Below the pieces are notes generated by a model, which did not search any database, had not been told where the DNA came from, and was given only the letters and a program-made list of their open reading frames with translations. A stretch of DNA of 63,676 nucleotides, filler included, from Octopus bimaculoides (lineage: Eukaryota), in assembly GCF_001194135.2 (NCBI RefSeq). It is 6 parts of 6 records of this genome, joined end to end, with 100 filler letters (N's around TTAATTAATTAA, not from the genome) between each part and the next. Parts side by side here need not be neighbours in the genome. Positions count along the whole stretch, not along the records: positions 1 to 8,317 come from NC_068991.1; positions 8,418 to 21,059 come from NC_068993.1; 4 more parts are not named here. One strand, 5' to 3'. Position 1 is the stretch's first letter; each line of letters begins with the position of its first letter. This document shows positions 1 to 11,379 of the stretch, piece after piece. Both the position numbers and the translations under genes were made by a program.

Positions 1-350
1 TATATATCGAACGGATCGACCTAAGTACTTAGATTTTGTTATGTTTGGAGCTTATTCTATCGGCCTATTTTGCCGAATTTCTAGGTTACAGGACGTAATG
101 AAACCAGCATCGGTTGTGAAGCCAGGCCGAAATCACACAATACAACAGTTCAGTTACCGGTGCTTGATATTTCTCCTTTGCTACCGATATATCTTTTTTT
201 GTATACAGTGGACACTTATAAGAGAGACTTTGTCAGGGTGAATACTGTAGTACTAAATGTGTGTGCGTGTGTGTGAATGTATATGTACATAGTTGCCCAT
301 GGAGCAGAGAGAAATACATACTGAATATGAGTAAAAAGTAATATTCCAAA

Positions 351-581
351 GCTAACTGTATATGCCGATTAAGTGCAGCAGCAACCTCGTATAAAATCAG
401 TTGGAACTTGTTGGAAAAGTCTGGTCCATATCTAAAGGGAAATGCACGATGCAATGCAGGGTCTGCTTGTCTGAGAAGAAATTATCCAAAACACCTCTAC
501 AATTCTGAAGTTTTCTCCAACTCAAAAGGCAATCATGCTGGATGCTGCCCGCATGAGTGGAGATTAGTTTTGGCGAGATGA
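351..581 (+). mobile_element. Penelope-like element, GIY-YIG endonuclease C-terminal fragment (decayed)
   Basis: Manual translation ...SYKISWNLLEKSGPYLKGNARCNAGSACLRRNYPKHLYNSEVFSNSKGNHAGCCPHEWRLVLAR* resembles the recalled PLE C-terminus I.W.ILEK..PY..G..RC.LC...LN...E....C.H..K..L. Confidence 0.55.
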
Positions 582-957
582 TCAAGTTTTTTTTTTTTTT
601 GACTACGGAAGATTATATATGTATACATACAGTCACATTTCGACTTGTTAACATCAATCCATGACAAATAACTCTTCTTTCCCGCCCGAAAAAAATTCAT
701 AATAGTGTTTCGCTTCATTCCTTTTAACCAACACAGAACCACATATATATTCATTCGGAATTTTAGAGGGTACACGTTTACAGGCAATATCTCTACAGAT
801 TTGTTAACATATTTTCCGTGCATTTTTCTAATTGCATTACACTCCACACTATGGTATTTAATATTTTCCTAAGTATTCTCTAAACTGAGTCCTTTGGTAA
901 ATATCTGGTAATTGAAACACACCTCTACACTTGAGACGCATGTATTATTATTTTTTT

Positions 958-1028
958 CTTCCTTTCTTTCGTTCTTTCTTTCTTTCTTTCGTTCTTTCTT
1001 TCTTTCTTTCGTTCTTTCTTTCTTTCGT

Positions 1029-1060
<32 letters not shown>

Positions 1061-1195
1061 TCAGTCGGTCTGTCTGTCTGTCTGTCTGTCTATCTATATC
1101 TATTTAGCTAAATATATATTTATCTATCTATATATATATATCTATCTATGTGACTCTACATTTATCCATCCATCCATCCATCCATCCATCCATCC

Positions 1196-1249
<54 letters not shown>

Positions 1250-1250
1250 G
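958..1250. repeat. Compound microsatellite (TTTC)n-(TCTG)n-(TATC)n-(CATC)n-(TATC)n
   Basis: Directly visible tetranucleotide runs. Confidence 0.95.
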
Positions 1251-1786
1251 TATGTGATAACGTGTGCGTGAATGTATCATTGTATGTCTTTGTGTACTTG
1301 ATTCTGTGTGTGTGTGCGTGTGTGTATTTTAATGTATATATACATTCACTATAATTAAAATTAAAACTAATATTACAATGCACGGTTAGAAACATTTACT
1401 TTCCTAAGTATTTTCAACATGATTTATTCTTCAAATATGAATGAACTTGTTTCATATAATTTTAATTTCAAATTGATAAAAAAAAACTTTGTTTATTCAT
1501 TTAATTAATTAATATTATCTATTCAAATATTTTGTTTATATAATTAAACATATACATTTGTGTGTGCATATATGAATAACGATCTTTATATATATGTGTG
1601 TGTGTGCGTGTATTGATGGATGTATGCATGCATGTGAGTGTGTGTGTGTGTCTGTGGGAGCGCGCGCGCTCTAGCATGAGACGTTTGTTTATATTATTTC
1701 CTAACAAAATCTCATTCTTTTACATATTAATTCACTAATTTACTACCAACGTGAATTCTTGTTTAACTTAACTCCATGTACTTATA

Positions 1787-1789
1787 AAC

Positions 1790-1853
<64 letters not shown>

Positions 1854-1872
1854 ACACACACACACACACACG
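1787..1872. repeat. (CA)n microsatellite
   Basis: Directly visible. Confidence 0.95.
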
Positions 1873-2190
1873 CACAGACCATAATTTTACATACAAATGT
1901 ATGGACACACGAAAGCACGGAAGTGTGTATTCAAGCACATATAAATCATAAGAATATACGCGTAAATAATAAATATATACTTGTATATCTATGTAGAATT
2001 ATTGTAGAATTACATTATATATATATATATATATATGTATATTACATGATATATATATATATAGGCATATATATATAATATATATATGTATATTACATGA
2101 TATATATATATATAGGCATATATGCACACGCACATATACATATATATCTGTGTGTTTGTGTATATATATATACATATATATGCATATGTA

Positions 2191-2225
<35 letters not shown>

Positions 2226-3729
2226 GTACACATACATTTATATATAAACAAATAGTGTTTCTGTATTTGTATGCTTATAGATATACAAGATATATATATT
2301 GAGGTGTATACATACGTACTTGCATGCACACATACATACATNNNNNNNNNNNNNNNNNNNNNNNNNNNNNNNNNNNNNNNNNNNNNNNNNNNNNNNNNNN
2401 NNNNNNNNNNNNNNNNNNNNNNNNNNNNNNNNNNNNNNNNNNNNNNNNNNNNNNNNNNNNNNNNNNNNNNNNNNNNNNNNNNNNNNNNNNNNNNNNNNNN
2501 NNNNNNNNNNNNNNNNNNNNNNNNNNNNNNNNNNNNNNNNNNNNNNNNNNNNNNNNNNNNNNNNNNNNNNNNNNNNNNNNNNNNNNNNNNNNNNNNNNNN
2601 NNNNNNNNNNNNNNNNNNNNNNNNNNNNNNNNNNNNNNNNNNNNNNNNNNNNNNNNNNNNNNNNNNNNNNNNNNNNNNNNNNNNNNNNNNNNNNNNNNNN
2701 NNNNNNNNNNNNNNNNNNNNNNNNNNNNNNNNNNNNNNNNNNNNNNNNNNNNNNNNNNNNNNNNNNNNNNNNNNNNNNNNNNNNNNNNNNNNNNNNNNNN
2801 NNNNNNNNNNNNNNNNNNNNNNNNNNNNNNNNNNNNNNNNNNNNNNNNNNNNNNNNNNNNNNNNNNNNNNNNNNNNNNNNNNNNNNNNNNNNNNNNNNNN
2901 NNNNNNNNNNNNNNNNNNNNNNNNNNNNNNNNNNNNNNNNNNNNNNNNNNNNNNNNNNNNNNNNNNNNNNNNNNNNNNNNNNNNNNNNNNNNNNNNNNNN
3001 NNNNNNNNNNNNNNNNNNNNNNNNNNNNNNNNNNNNNNNNNNNNNNNNNNNNNNNNNNNNNNNNNNNNNNNNNNNNNNNNNNNNNNNNNNNNNNNNNNNN
3101 NNNNNNNNNATATATATATATATACACACATACTCACACATATATATACGTATGTTAGTAGTTTATTTCTTTACATATAAATTTATGTAGAATTTTCCTT
3201 GAAAAAATATCGTGATTATAATTTTATGAATCATACAGTATACATTATCATAAACACAGTCATAACTATGTGGTTTAGAAGATCACTTTGCAACCTTATG
3301 AATCCCTGCTCAGTCCTGCTGCACGGCAATTCGGGCCAATAACATACGACAGAGAAGGAAAATGGAATATGAGTGAAAAGTTATTCCTCACAACGTTCGT
3401 TTCGACCCATCCTGCACTGAACCCTCGCGTTTGAGATACTGTACAGCTGGTTGTAATTCACCGCTTGGTGTACGGAAGTGTATCCTCAGATAATTCTATG
3501 AAGTGTATCTCGTTAGATAAACTCTGTTTCTCTTGATTTTAACGCTATATGTCGTTAGTGACCGTAGGTTTACGCCGTTGCTTTTTATATTTTCCACGGA
3601 TTGCTTGAAGCCTACCTTCTTTTGGTACATCGATCCTTGGACCTTACATTTATATATTTACGCAAACATACATATATACATACATACATACATATATGTG
3701 TTTGTATATATATATATGTGTGTGTGCGC

Positions 3730-3775
<46 letters not shown>

Positions 3776-4002
3776 GTTTAAAAGAGTTCCAACACTGTCT
3801 GTTTTTTATGTTTTATTTATATTCCTGCAGAACCAATGTGGGGTATAGAATATGGAATATACAATATATAATATAATATACAATATATAATATAATATAA
3901 AATAAAATAAAAATGGATGGCACCATGAAAGAAAGTATTGAATGTAGATGAAATATTGAGTGTTCAATATAAGGGATCAAATATATAAATATAAATATAT
4001 AA

Positions 4003-4046
4003 AGGCGACTCGAGTTTCAGGGCTATTTCCCTTCGTCATGGCCGGT
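4003..4046 (-). ncRNA. Type I hammerhead ribozyme-like motif with one core lesion
   Basis: Minus strand GGC-C(A)UGACGA-AGGG AAAUAG CCCU-GAAA-CUCGAG-UC^-GCC: 4-bp stem II, palindromic stem III, GUC triplet, 3-bp stem I; extra A inside the CUGA turn. Confidence 0.55.
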
Positions 4047-4840
4047 ATCACACACATGCGCATATGCTCTTCTTAAATAGTCTGACGATGGCTTCATTGG
4101 CCAAGTCTCCGAAGCCAGTGTCAATCGCATTCTTGTCTATGAGTAGTAAATATTTACTCTGCAAAAATTTAGTGTAAACCATCAGATTAATGTAAAATTG
4201 CTTTTATCATAACTGTATCTTAAAACAAACATATATGTGTATATACTTGTGTGTGTGTGTGTGTGTGTGAATGTGTGTGTGTGTGTGTGGTGTTTGTGTG
4301 AGCATGTGTGTCTGTGTGGGTATTTCTTGTATTATCTACATTATATTAAATAACATTGCATTGTTTAAAGTTCTACAATAACAAGCTGCTCTACATTATG
4401 TTCTACAAAATATTATGTTATATTTTGTTGCATCGTATAAAATTACAGTCATTACATTATTTTACATCGTTTATAATATTATGTAGATTGACATATTATA
4501 TTAAATGATATATCACATTATATTATATTACATGTTCACGATTATATAATACACAGTTTATAGTTGTATCGCGTTTTTACTAACCTCATTTCCTTATTCT
4601 TTTGTAAACTATACTGTACATCTCATACATGTACAACATAAAAAACTTTTGTTTTAGTAGTGATATTTCATATCAAAGGCCAAAATTGTTGTGTAATATT
4701 TTGTATGAGTGACTTTGTATTTCATGATCACTTTATATTATCTTTCAAGCGTGTACAGATGTAACTGAATATTTAATGTTTTGTACCTGTATGTATACAG
4801 CTGTGAATAAGCTTATTAAACATGCGTGTGTGTATATATC

Positions 4841-5152
4841 CAGGACCGGATTTAAACCATGGATGGCACTTCAAATTCGGTGCCCCTCTCATGGACAAGA
4901 ATGAAAATTAAAAGTGTCTTTTAATGGAATGAATTGATGTCACTAATGTAGTTAAAACTTTGGTTATTTATAAAAAAAAAAGAAGAGGGTCCATTACATT
5001 TTAAAGATATGTTTGTTTATTGAAAGAGAACCTCTGCATGCAAGATTGCCTCCTGTATTGAGTGCTACATACTCTTCATAGGAGGAGGGCCCTATATCTA
5101 GTAGATTCCAAGGGCAATTGCTCTCTTCAACCCCCCTATAAATACGGCCCTG
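4841..5152. mobile_element. Non-autonomous DNA transposon (hAT-like MITE)
   Basis: TIRs CAGGACCGGATTTA / TAAATACGGCCCTG; 8-bp flanks TATATATC / TATATATG (7 of 8 match) consistent with an 8-bp TSD. Confidence 0.7.
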
Positions 5153-5319
5153 TATATATGCGAGATCGCATACATATGTCAGAGTAAAAATACATACACA
5201 CGCACTCGCGCAAACTCGCACGCACACACTTTTCGGAGTGTATGTCGGCATGAGTACGTGTGCATGTAAATATATCTATATATATATTTGTTAATGAATA
5301 TGATGAAAAATGAACTTTA

Positions 5320-6720
5320 GGCTAGTTAAAATATGTTTGTGACATATTTTAACTTTAATGGCAAATTCATTGCAGTTATGGCAGTGAAAAATTCTCGCTC
5401 AGGACAAAAGATGGTTTCTATGGTGGTATCGGTGTAAAATATGGTTTTCATATCACATTTTTTCTTTAATTTTCGGGTTTTTGTTGGTTTGATAGACTTG
5501 TCAAACTTAAGGTTTTTTAAACATTCTATGTCAGACCTAAGTATTTGATGTCGAATACGCTCTTGCCAAGTAGGCTTATTGTGGGAATGTTGTCGTGTTC
5601 GCGGATGCATAATATAGGTGGTTGAGATCTGTAATATTAACATCATTAGCTGAAATTATATCCTTAGGTGCAAGGCGGATTTTACCAATTATTTTCAGGT
5701 TTTGGTTAGAGTTGCGAATTTTGGGGAGAGTGTCACATTCATTCATACTGGTTCCTTTAATTTTCAGCCATTCAATCATGATTTGATTTTTTAGATCATG
5801 TAGTTCTGTTGGGTCAATTTCTGTGACTTTCTTCATCTATTTGATTTTCATCTGCCTTAGTGTTTATGGTTGGTTCAGAGAGTATTTCACTTTACTGATC
5901 AGTAACATTAACTCTTTCAATCATTATTGCATTTTCATCAGCCCTGGGCTGGTCTATACTTATTTCCTCTGTAGTATCTTCTTTAGCTGTAGCTTCATTC
6001 CTTTTATCCACTACTGATTGTTTAATTTGGTCAATCTCTAAATCAGTTAGTAATTTCTTTTTCATTATGTTTCTTCTGACGTTGGCAAGTTTGTTACTGC
6101 CTACGTAGGGTCTTACTTCAAGGTGTTTCAGTCTCTAGTTTAAGTAAGTATGCACATTATTAGATCTATTTGTGGGGAAATACATGGCATAAGAGAAGGC
6201 CGTAATAACTTCTTTTTTATCTCCCCTAGACCATTTTTCATTCTTTTTCTTTTGGTTATTTGATGACGAGCATGGATGGCTGTTGGAATATTCCGGTTGT
6301 GGAGTACTTCCAGCTTCTGTGTTTCGGGAAGATTTGAACCAGTAGCTGATTTTGAATCGAAAATGGTTCATCATTCGAGTACATCGTTCGAATACAAATA
6401 CAACTCTAACCCAAAATACAAACCGATCCGGATTGTATTTTGCTTTGTTATTACTGAGGCTTCGTTATTACTGACGAGCTTGGACGTTGACATTAGGGGG
6501 CGGATCTTTCTGTTTAGGGTTAATGTTTGGAGACAAAAACGCCACCGAGTTCTCTGCATATAAGCATTGCTTGTAAAGTAGCTTCTTAAGGTTAACAGAT
6601 CTGTATTCGTCTGTATTTTTTTTGTTTTTGTTGATAGTTTTATCTCCGGGGATAGTTTTTTTGTGGTGTTTTTAAACGTGAATCGTTCATTCTGTGTTAG
6701 TTCGAAAAATGAAAATAAAA
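5320..6720 (-). mobile_element. R4/Dong-clade non-LTR retrotransposon, 5' region and N-terminal ORF (decayed)
   Basis: Broken ORF pieces KWSRGDKKEVITAFSYAMY..., ...ITDLNHLYYASA..., NKPTWQERIRHQILRSDIECL resemble the recalled N-terminal region of R4/Dong ORFs; 5' end abuts a (TAA)n tract. Confidence 0.65.
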
Positions 6721-6727
6721 GAATAAA

Positions 6728-6795
6728 ATTATTATTATTATTCGAAAATAAAATTATAATTATTATTATTCGAAAAAATATTATTATTATCATTA

Positions 6796-6884
<89 letters not shown>

Positions 6885-7264
6885 NNNNNNNNNNNNNNNN
6901 NNNNNNNNNNNNNNNNNNNNNNNNNNNNNNNNNNNNNNNNNNNNNNNNNNNNNNNNNNNNNNNNNNNNNNNNNNNNNNNNNNNNNNNNNNNNNNNNNNNN
7001 NNNNNNNNNNNNNNNNNNNNNNNNNNNNNNNNNNNNNNNNNNNNNNNNNNNNNNNNNNNNNNNNNNNNNNNNNNNNNNNNNNNNNNNNNNNNNNNNNNNN
7101 NNNNNNNNNNNNNNNNNNNNNNNNNNNNNNNNNNNNNNNNNNNNNNNNNNNNNNNNNNNNNNNNNNNNNNNNNNNNNNNNNNNNNNNNNNNNNNNNNNNN
7201 NNNNNNNNNNNNNNNNNNNNNNNNNNNNNNNNNNNNNNNNNNNNNNNTATTATTATTATTATTA

Positions 7265-7316
<52 letters not shown>

Positions 7317-7330
7317 CATTATTATTATTA
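6728..7330. repeat. (TTA)n microsatellite spanning an assembly gap
   Basis: Directly visible on both sides of the N-run. Confidence 0.9.
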
Positions 7331-8317
7331 AAATGGCTTAGTTTATGTAAGTCATACAGATTTGGATGTCACAGTTCTATAATGAAATGAGCTTAAATAA
7401 TTGAAAACCCTAGAATAAAAGAAAACTACCACAGTTTATGAAGAAGAAATTAAAAAAATCCAAGATCCTCACATATAAACGGTATATGCAAACAAAAGAC
7501 CCCCCACCACCACCAAAAAAAACAAGGAAAAAATAAGAGAATAACAAAAAAGGCAACACCATGAACACTGGCATTTCATTATTATTGATATCTATAATAC
7601 TATCATGAGATGGCAGTCTCAAAGATTTTCCGATGTTTGGGGTGAGGTAAAGGTGGGTATCAGGTGGTGGATGAAAGTCAGTTTGAATGCCTGATAAGAA
7701 GAGACAAGACAGGTCTTTTAACTTTCTTACCAGCTTGCATCAAAACTAAATAAATGTATCAATAAATAAATAATAAAGATACACACAAACAAATATAATA
7801 CCTGTGCATAGAAATATAAACATACTTTATATATATACATATAAAGTATATGCGGAAATAAAGAAAAAATAAATATATATATATATATAATATCATAAAA
7901 TGAATGGAGATAAAAACGAATTAATTATCTGCAATGAAAGACAGGTGCATTGATCCAATAAAAAGAGATATCAACTATAATGAAGAGATATTTGTTTTAT
8001 CAAGTTATAGCCGTTGATACGATCTAATGCCACAAAATATTTTAGATAAGTTTGAAGTTTGCCTGCTTGTGGGGATAAGGACGTAACAGAGAGAGATATG
8101 ATGCGGCGGCGATGTGACATTATAAAGTGTTCTGGAGATGGAAGTGACGGCGATAATGTATCTTGTATCATATCATGCGCGCGCGCACGCGTGTGTGTCT
8201 GTGCATGTGTGTGTGTGCATGAGTGCGTTTGTGTGTGTGCGTGTGTGTGTGTGTGTGTGCTTGTGTGTGCATATAAACACAGATGTAAAGGCATGTCTGC
8301 ATATATATATATATATA

Positions 8318-8417
8318 NNNNNNNNNNNNNNNNNNNNNNNNNNNNNNNNNNNNNNNNNNNNTTAATTAATTAANNNNNNNNNNNNNNNNNNNNNNNNNNN
8401 NNNNNNNNNNNNNNNNN
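8318..8417. other. Assembly linker 44N-TTAATTAATTAA-44N
   Basis: Exactly 100 bp; identical block recurs five times; the 12-mer is a six-frame stop linker. Confidence 0.95.
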
Positions 8418-9399
8418 ACTGCACATGGAGACAACATGATCGATGGTCTCATTTTGTTGTTGGCATATACGACATAATGGGGGAGTTGCCGTTCTTTAAT
8501 ATGTTGGCCTGGTAGTTCTTTGTAGGTAGGCATTGATCTTGGGCTGCTATGATAAACCCCTCTGTTTCTGATTTTAAGTCAGAGGCCATTAGCCATTGAT
8601 GGGTAAGGGCTTTGTCAATATCTGAATTATTCGCTCTCTTTGGGTATTTGCAATTGAGAGGTTTTCCATGCCATTTTTCAGTCATACTATCCAAGGCAGC
8701 AATTTTAGCACGGGTTTTCAAGCGCTTAGCTTTTTCTGCGGGTGTTTCTAGTTCGTCTAATTCTTGAATTTGTTGTAATTGGAATTCACTTAGATATTCC
8801 TTTGCTTTCTTCCTTTCATGTTTTGAGACAAGTTTTAGCATCCAGTCCTCAGAGATTTTCAGATAGGTGTCTAGGCCAATTGTGGCTACCATCATTGTTA
8901 ATGCCAGCTGTAGAAGTTCACGGCCTCCCTCTTTTCTTGGCAGATAAAGACGTTCTATATCTGCCTTAGGGTGGTGCATTCTATGCTATGCATTGTCAAC
9001 AGTTTTCGTATTTTTCTGTCAACATTACCTATTTCAGTAATTGACCAGTTAACGATATTAAAACTATAAGTCACGACTGGTATGGCTAGAGCATTGATCG
9101 CTTCGATCCTGTTTCTTGCGTTCAGATCTGTCTTCAGTATTGCTCTCACTCTGCGATAACATTCTCTTTTGATCCTTTCCCTCATCACTGAATGCTTGAT
9201 ATTGTCCCCTTCAATTATCCCTTGGTATTTGTAGCTCTCCGCTGGTTCTAACTCTTTTATGACATTTTGCTGGTCAAGGTTCACATTAGATGTTTTGTCA
9301 TTTTTCCTTTGATAAACGTAGCTTTTGCACATTTATCAAGGCCAAATTGCATCTTGATGTCATCACTGAATTGTTTAACAATCGATAGTAGGCCTTTGA

Positions 9400-9400
<1 letters not shown>
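8418..9400 (-). mobile_element. R4/Dong-clade LINE, 5'-truncated RT C-terminal region with frameshifts
   Basis: LKGLLSIVKQFSDDIKMQFGLDKCAKA..YKYQG..LNARNRIEAINALAIPVVTYSF..DRKIRKLLTMH..HHPKADIERLYLPRKEGGRELLQL..QWLMASDLKSETEGFIIAAQDQCLPTKNY, all typical of R4-clade RT/thumb. Confidence 0.9.

Positions 9401-9478
<78 letters not shown>
9401..9478. repeat. (TTA)n microsatellite at the 5' junction of the R4/Dong fragment
   Basis: Directly visible; element sequence starts at the next base. Confidence 0.95.
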
Positions 9479-9480
<2 letters not shown>

Positions 9481-10095
9481 AACTTTATTCATTGTACGAT
9501 TAAAGTTTTTTGCTTTTGCTTTTTCAATTTTTTGTGATAATAAATCTCCCACAAATTATTCTATATTATATATAAATAACAATAAGTATTTATTTCACGG
9601 CCAGTTTATAACTTGACTAGGAATTGGCTTAATATGTAAATTCTTAAATCTAATACATTCTCGTCTATTGAGAAGATCATTGGTTTCTTATTTTCCTGAA
9701 GATTTTATCGGCAAGAGGATAATATTTTCAAGCCTACTCGGCTGCTATCATTCTGTGCCAGTCGCCGTCGAGACGTCATGTGTTTTCGAACGCCACACTA
9801 CTGATTTCCTCCGCAAAATCAAATGGTGGCCCATTGGAGAAATGAGCTCCACGGGGCGGAGAGGCTGCGGCAGCGAGTATCTCTGGACATTATTACTAGT
9901 TTATTGACTAATCATTTATTGATTCATTTTTTAAAATTTAGCTTACTTTTAGTTTCTATACTTATTCAATTTTAGTCTCTCCTATCGGTTCTCTTTTCTC
10001 TCTTTCTATAGTTCTTTTTATGGTTTTATGTGACCTTTTGTCTTGTCTGCAATAATTAGGAGCAAGCTTAATTCGAAAATCATATTTCGCTTGAA

Positions 10096-10160
10096 GGCAA
10101 CTGATGAGGATATTACCTGGGTTGCAAGTTGATACGTAACCACTTGAAACGTTCGTGTTA
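10096..10160 (+). ncRNA. Degenerate hammerhead-like motif
   Basis: CUGAUGA (10101-10107), inner hairpin GGUUGC/GUAACC, GAAA-CG UU CG-U; position 17 is G and the base of stem II is eroded. Confidence 0.3.
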
Positions 10161-10712
10161 CATGCATTCAAAATATAGTAATCAGTTTTGTGATAATTCT
10201 AATAATATACTACTCGTGTCAATAACAATCACTCCCATACTTGATTGAATAATGCGGCTATAACGCAACACAGGTATACCTACAATGTGTTTATCAAGAC
10301 ATCGCACCGACTTGATCCCGTGAAGATTACGGCATTAAGGCACGTGTGTATGTATGTGAATGTTTGCTGTCAAACAACCCATGTCGAAACTCTAAAAAAT
10401 ATATCTAGACAATCTACCTAACCTATGGAGAACTATATCATATTTGCACTATGCAAAATTTAATGTTTTAAAAATAACTTTGACAGTTACAATTATTGTA
10501 TTCACAAAGTTCGTGTTCACCCAAATAATATCTGTTTTCTTCATACTAGCAGAACTGGAACAATAGTATGAATTTCAACTAAGCAGTATATATATAATGT
10601 ATTTTGTAATTGAGAGGGAAAAAAACGGTAAAATACTATACACAAGTTAAAACAAATCGTGAACGCTGAACTCTGTCTCTGAAATATAAAATTATTATCA
10701 CCGTCAATTACA

Positions 10713-10978
10713 AGACGGTGGGCTGGCAAAATCGTTATCAAAGCGGACAAAAATGCTTGGCGGGATTTCTTCCAGATTTATGATTCGAGTTCAAATTCCG
10801 CCGAGGTCGATTTGACTTTTCTTCTTTTCAAAATCGATAAAATAGTATTGGTGTAATAAGTGGGATCTATGTAATCGACTATCCCTCACTCCGACCAAAA
10901 AAAAAAAAAATCAACAACAAAAAAAAAACAAATAACAAAAAATTAAACCTTGTACCTATAATAGAAAAGATTATTACC
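10713..10978 (+). mobile_element. tRNA-derived SINE, family A (old copy)
   Basis: GGTGGGCTGGCAAAATCG head, GAGTTCAAATTCCGCCGAGGTCGA B-box-like core, CCTATAATAGAAAAGATTATT tail; homologous to other copies in the window. Confidence 0.75.
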
Positions 10979-11325
10979 TTCAGTTATACGTGATTTTGAA
11001 ACTGTCGACCATTCTCGTATCAAAAGATATTTCTTCGTTGAATGTTCTCAACTTTTGGTGTGGCACATAGCTTGTTGAACTTATTCTTTATTTATAGAGT
11101 TGATTCAATGCCAATGAGGGTTCCTCTACGTGGATGGATGCTCAGCGAAATATCCCGCTAATCCTTCACACATACTTTTAGTAATTAAAATATTAGATAA
11201 TAGTCGTAGATACTCTCACCACTAGGATGGTATCTGTGAGAATGCTTTTGATCATTGATTGGCTTGATCTGTCTATAAACGAAATGCGACAGTAACTATA
11301 ATGCAATGGACACCTTCATCTCCAG

Positions 11326-11379
11326 CAAGCTCGTTATTCTGAAACAGATATAAAAGCGCACTTTGATGGCAAAGTTAGG
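11326..11379 (+). CDS. Candidate 54-nt internal exon of an unidentified host gene (QARYSETDIKAHFDGKVR)
   Basis: CCTTCATCTCCAG acceptor, AGG|GTAAGT consensus donor, open phase-0 frame; no homology recognised. Confidence 0.25.

Noticed and set aside
105-150. GTTGTGA-AGCCAGGCC-GAAA hammerhead look-alike
   Set aside because: Three mismatches in the CUGANGA core and no stem III/NUH
2192-3190. Long ORFs of 130-350 aa across N-runs (also about 23000, 39600, 51400, 54500, 56000, 60000, 62500)
   Set aside because: They stay open only because N codons are translated as X and the flanks are microsatellites
3385-3440. Minus-strand GAAACGAACGUU stem III look-alike
   Set aside because: No recognisable CUGANGA or stem II upstream
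8362-8373. Perfect palindrome TTAATTAATTAA recurring five times (also 21104, 31299, 49136, 61711)
   Set aside because: Always centred in 44N+12+44N = 100 bp; an artificial six-frame-stop gap linker, not biology
9735-9845. Plus-frame peptide AYSAAIILCQSPSRRHVFSNATLLI resembling a ClpP segment
   Set aside because: Short, bounded by stops, catalytic His not present; likely chance
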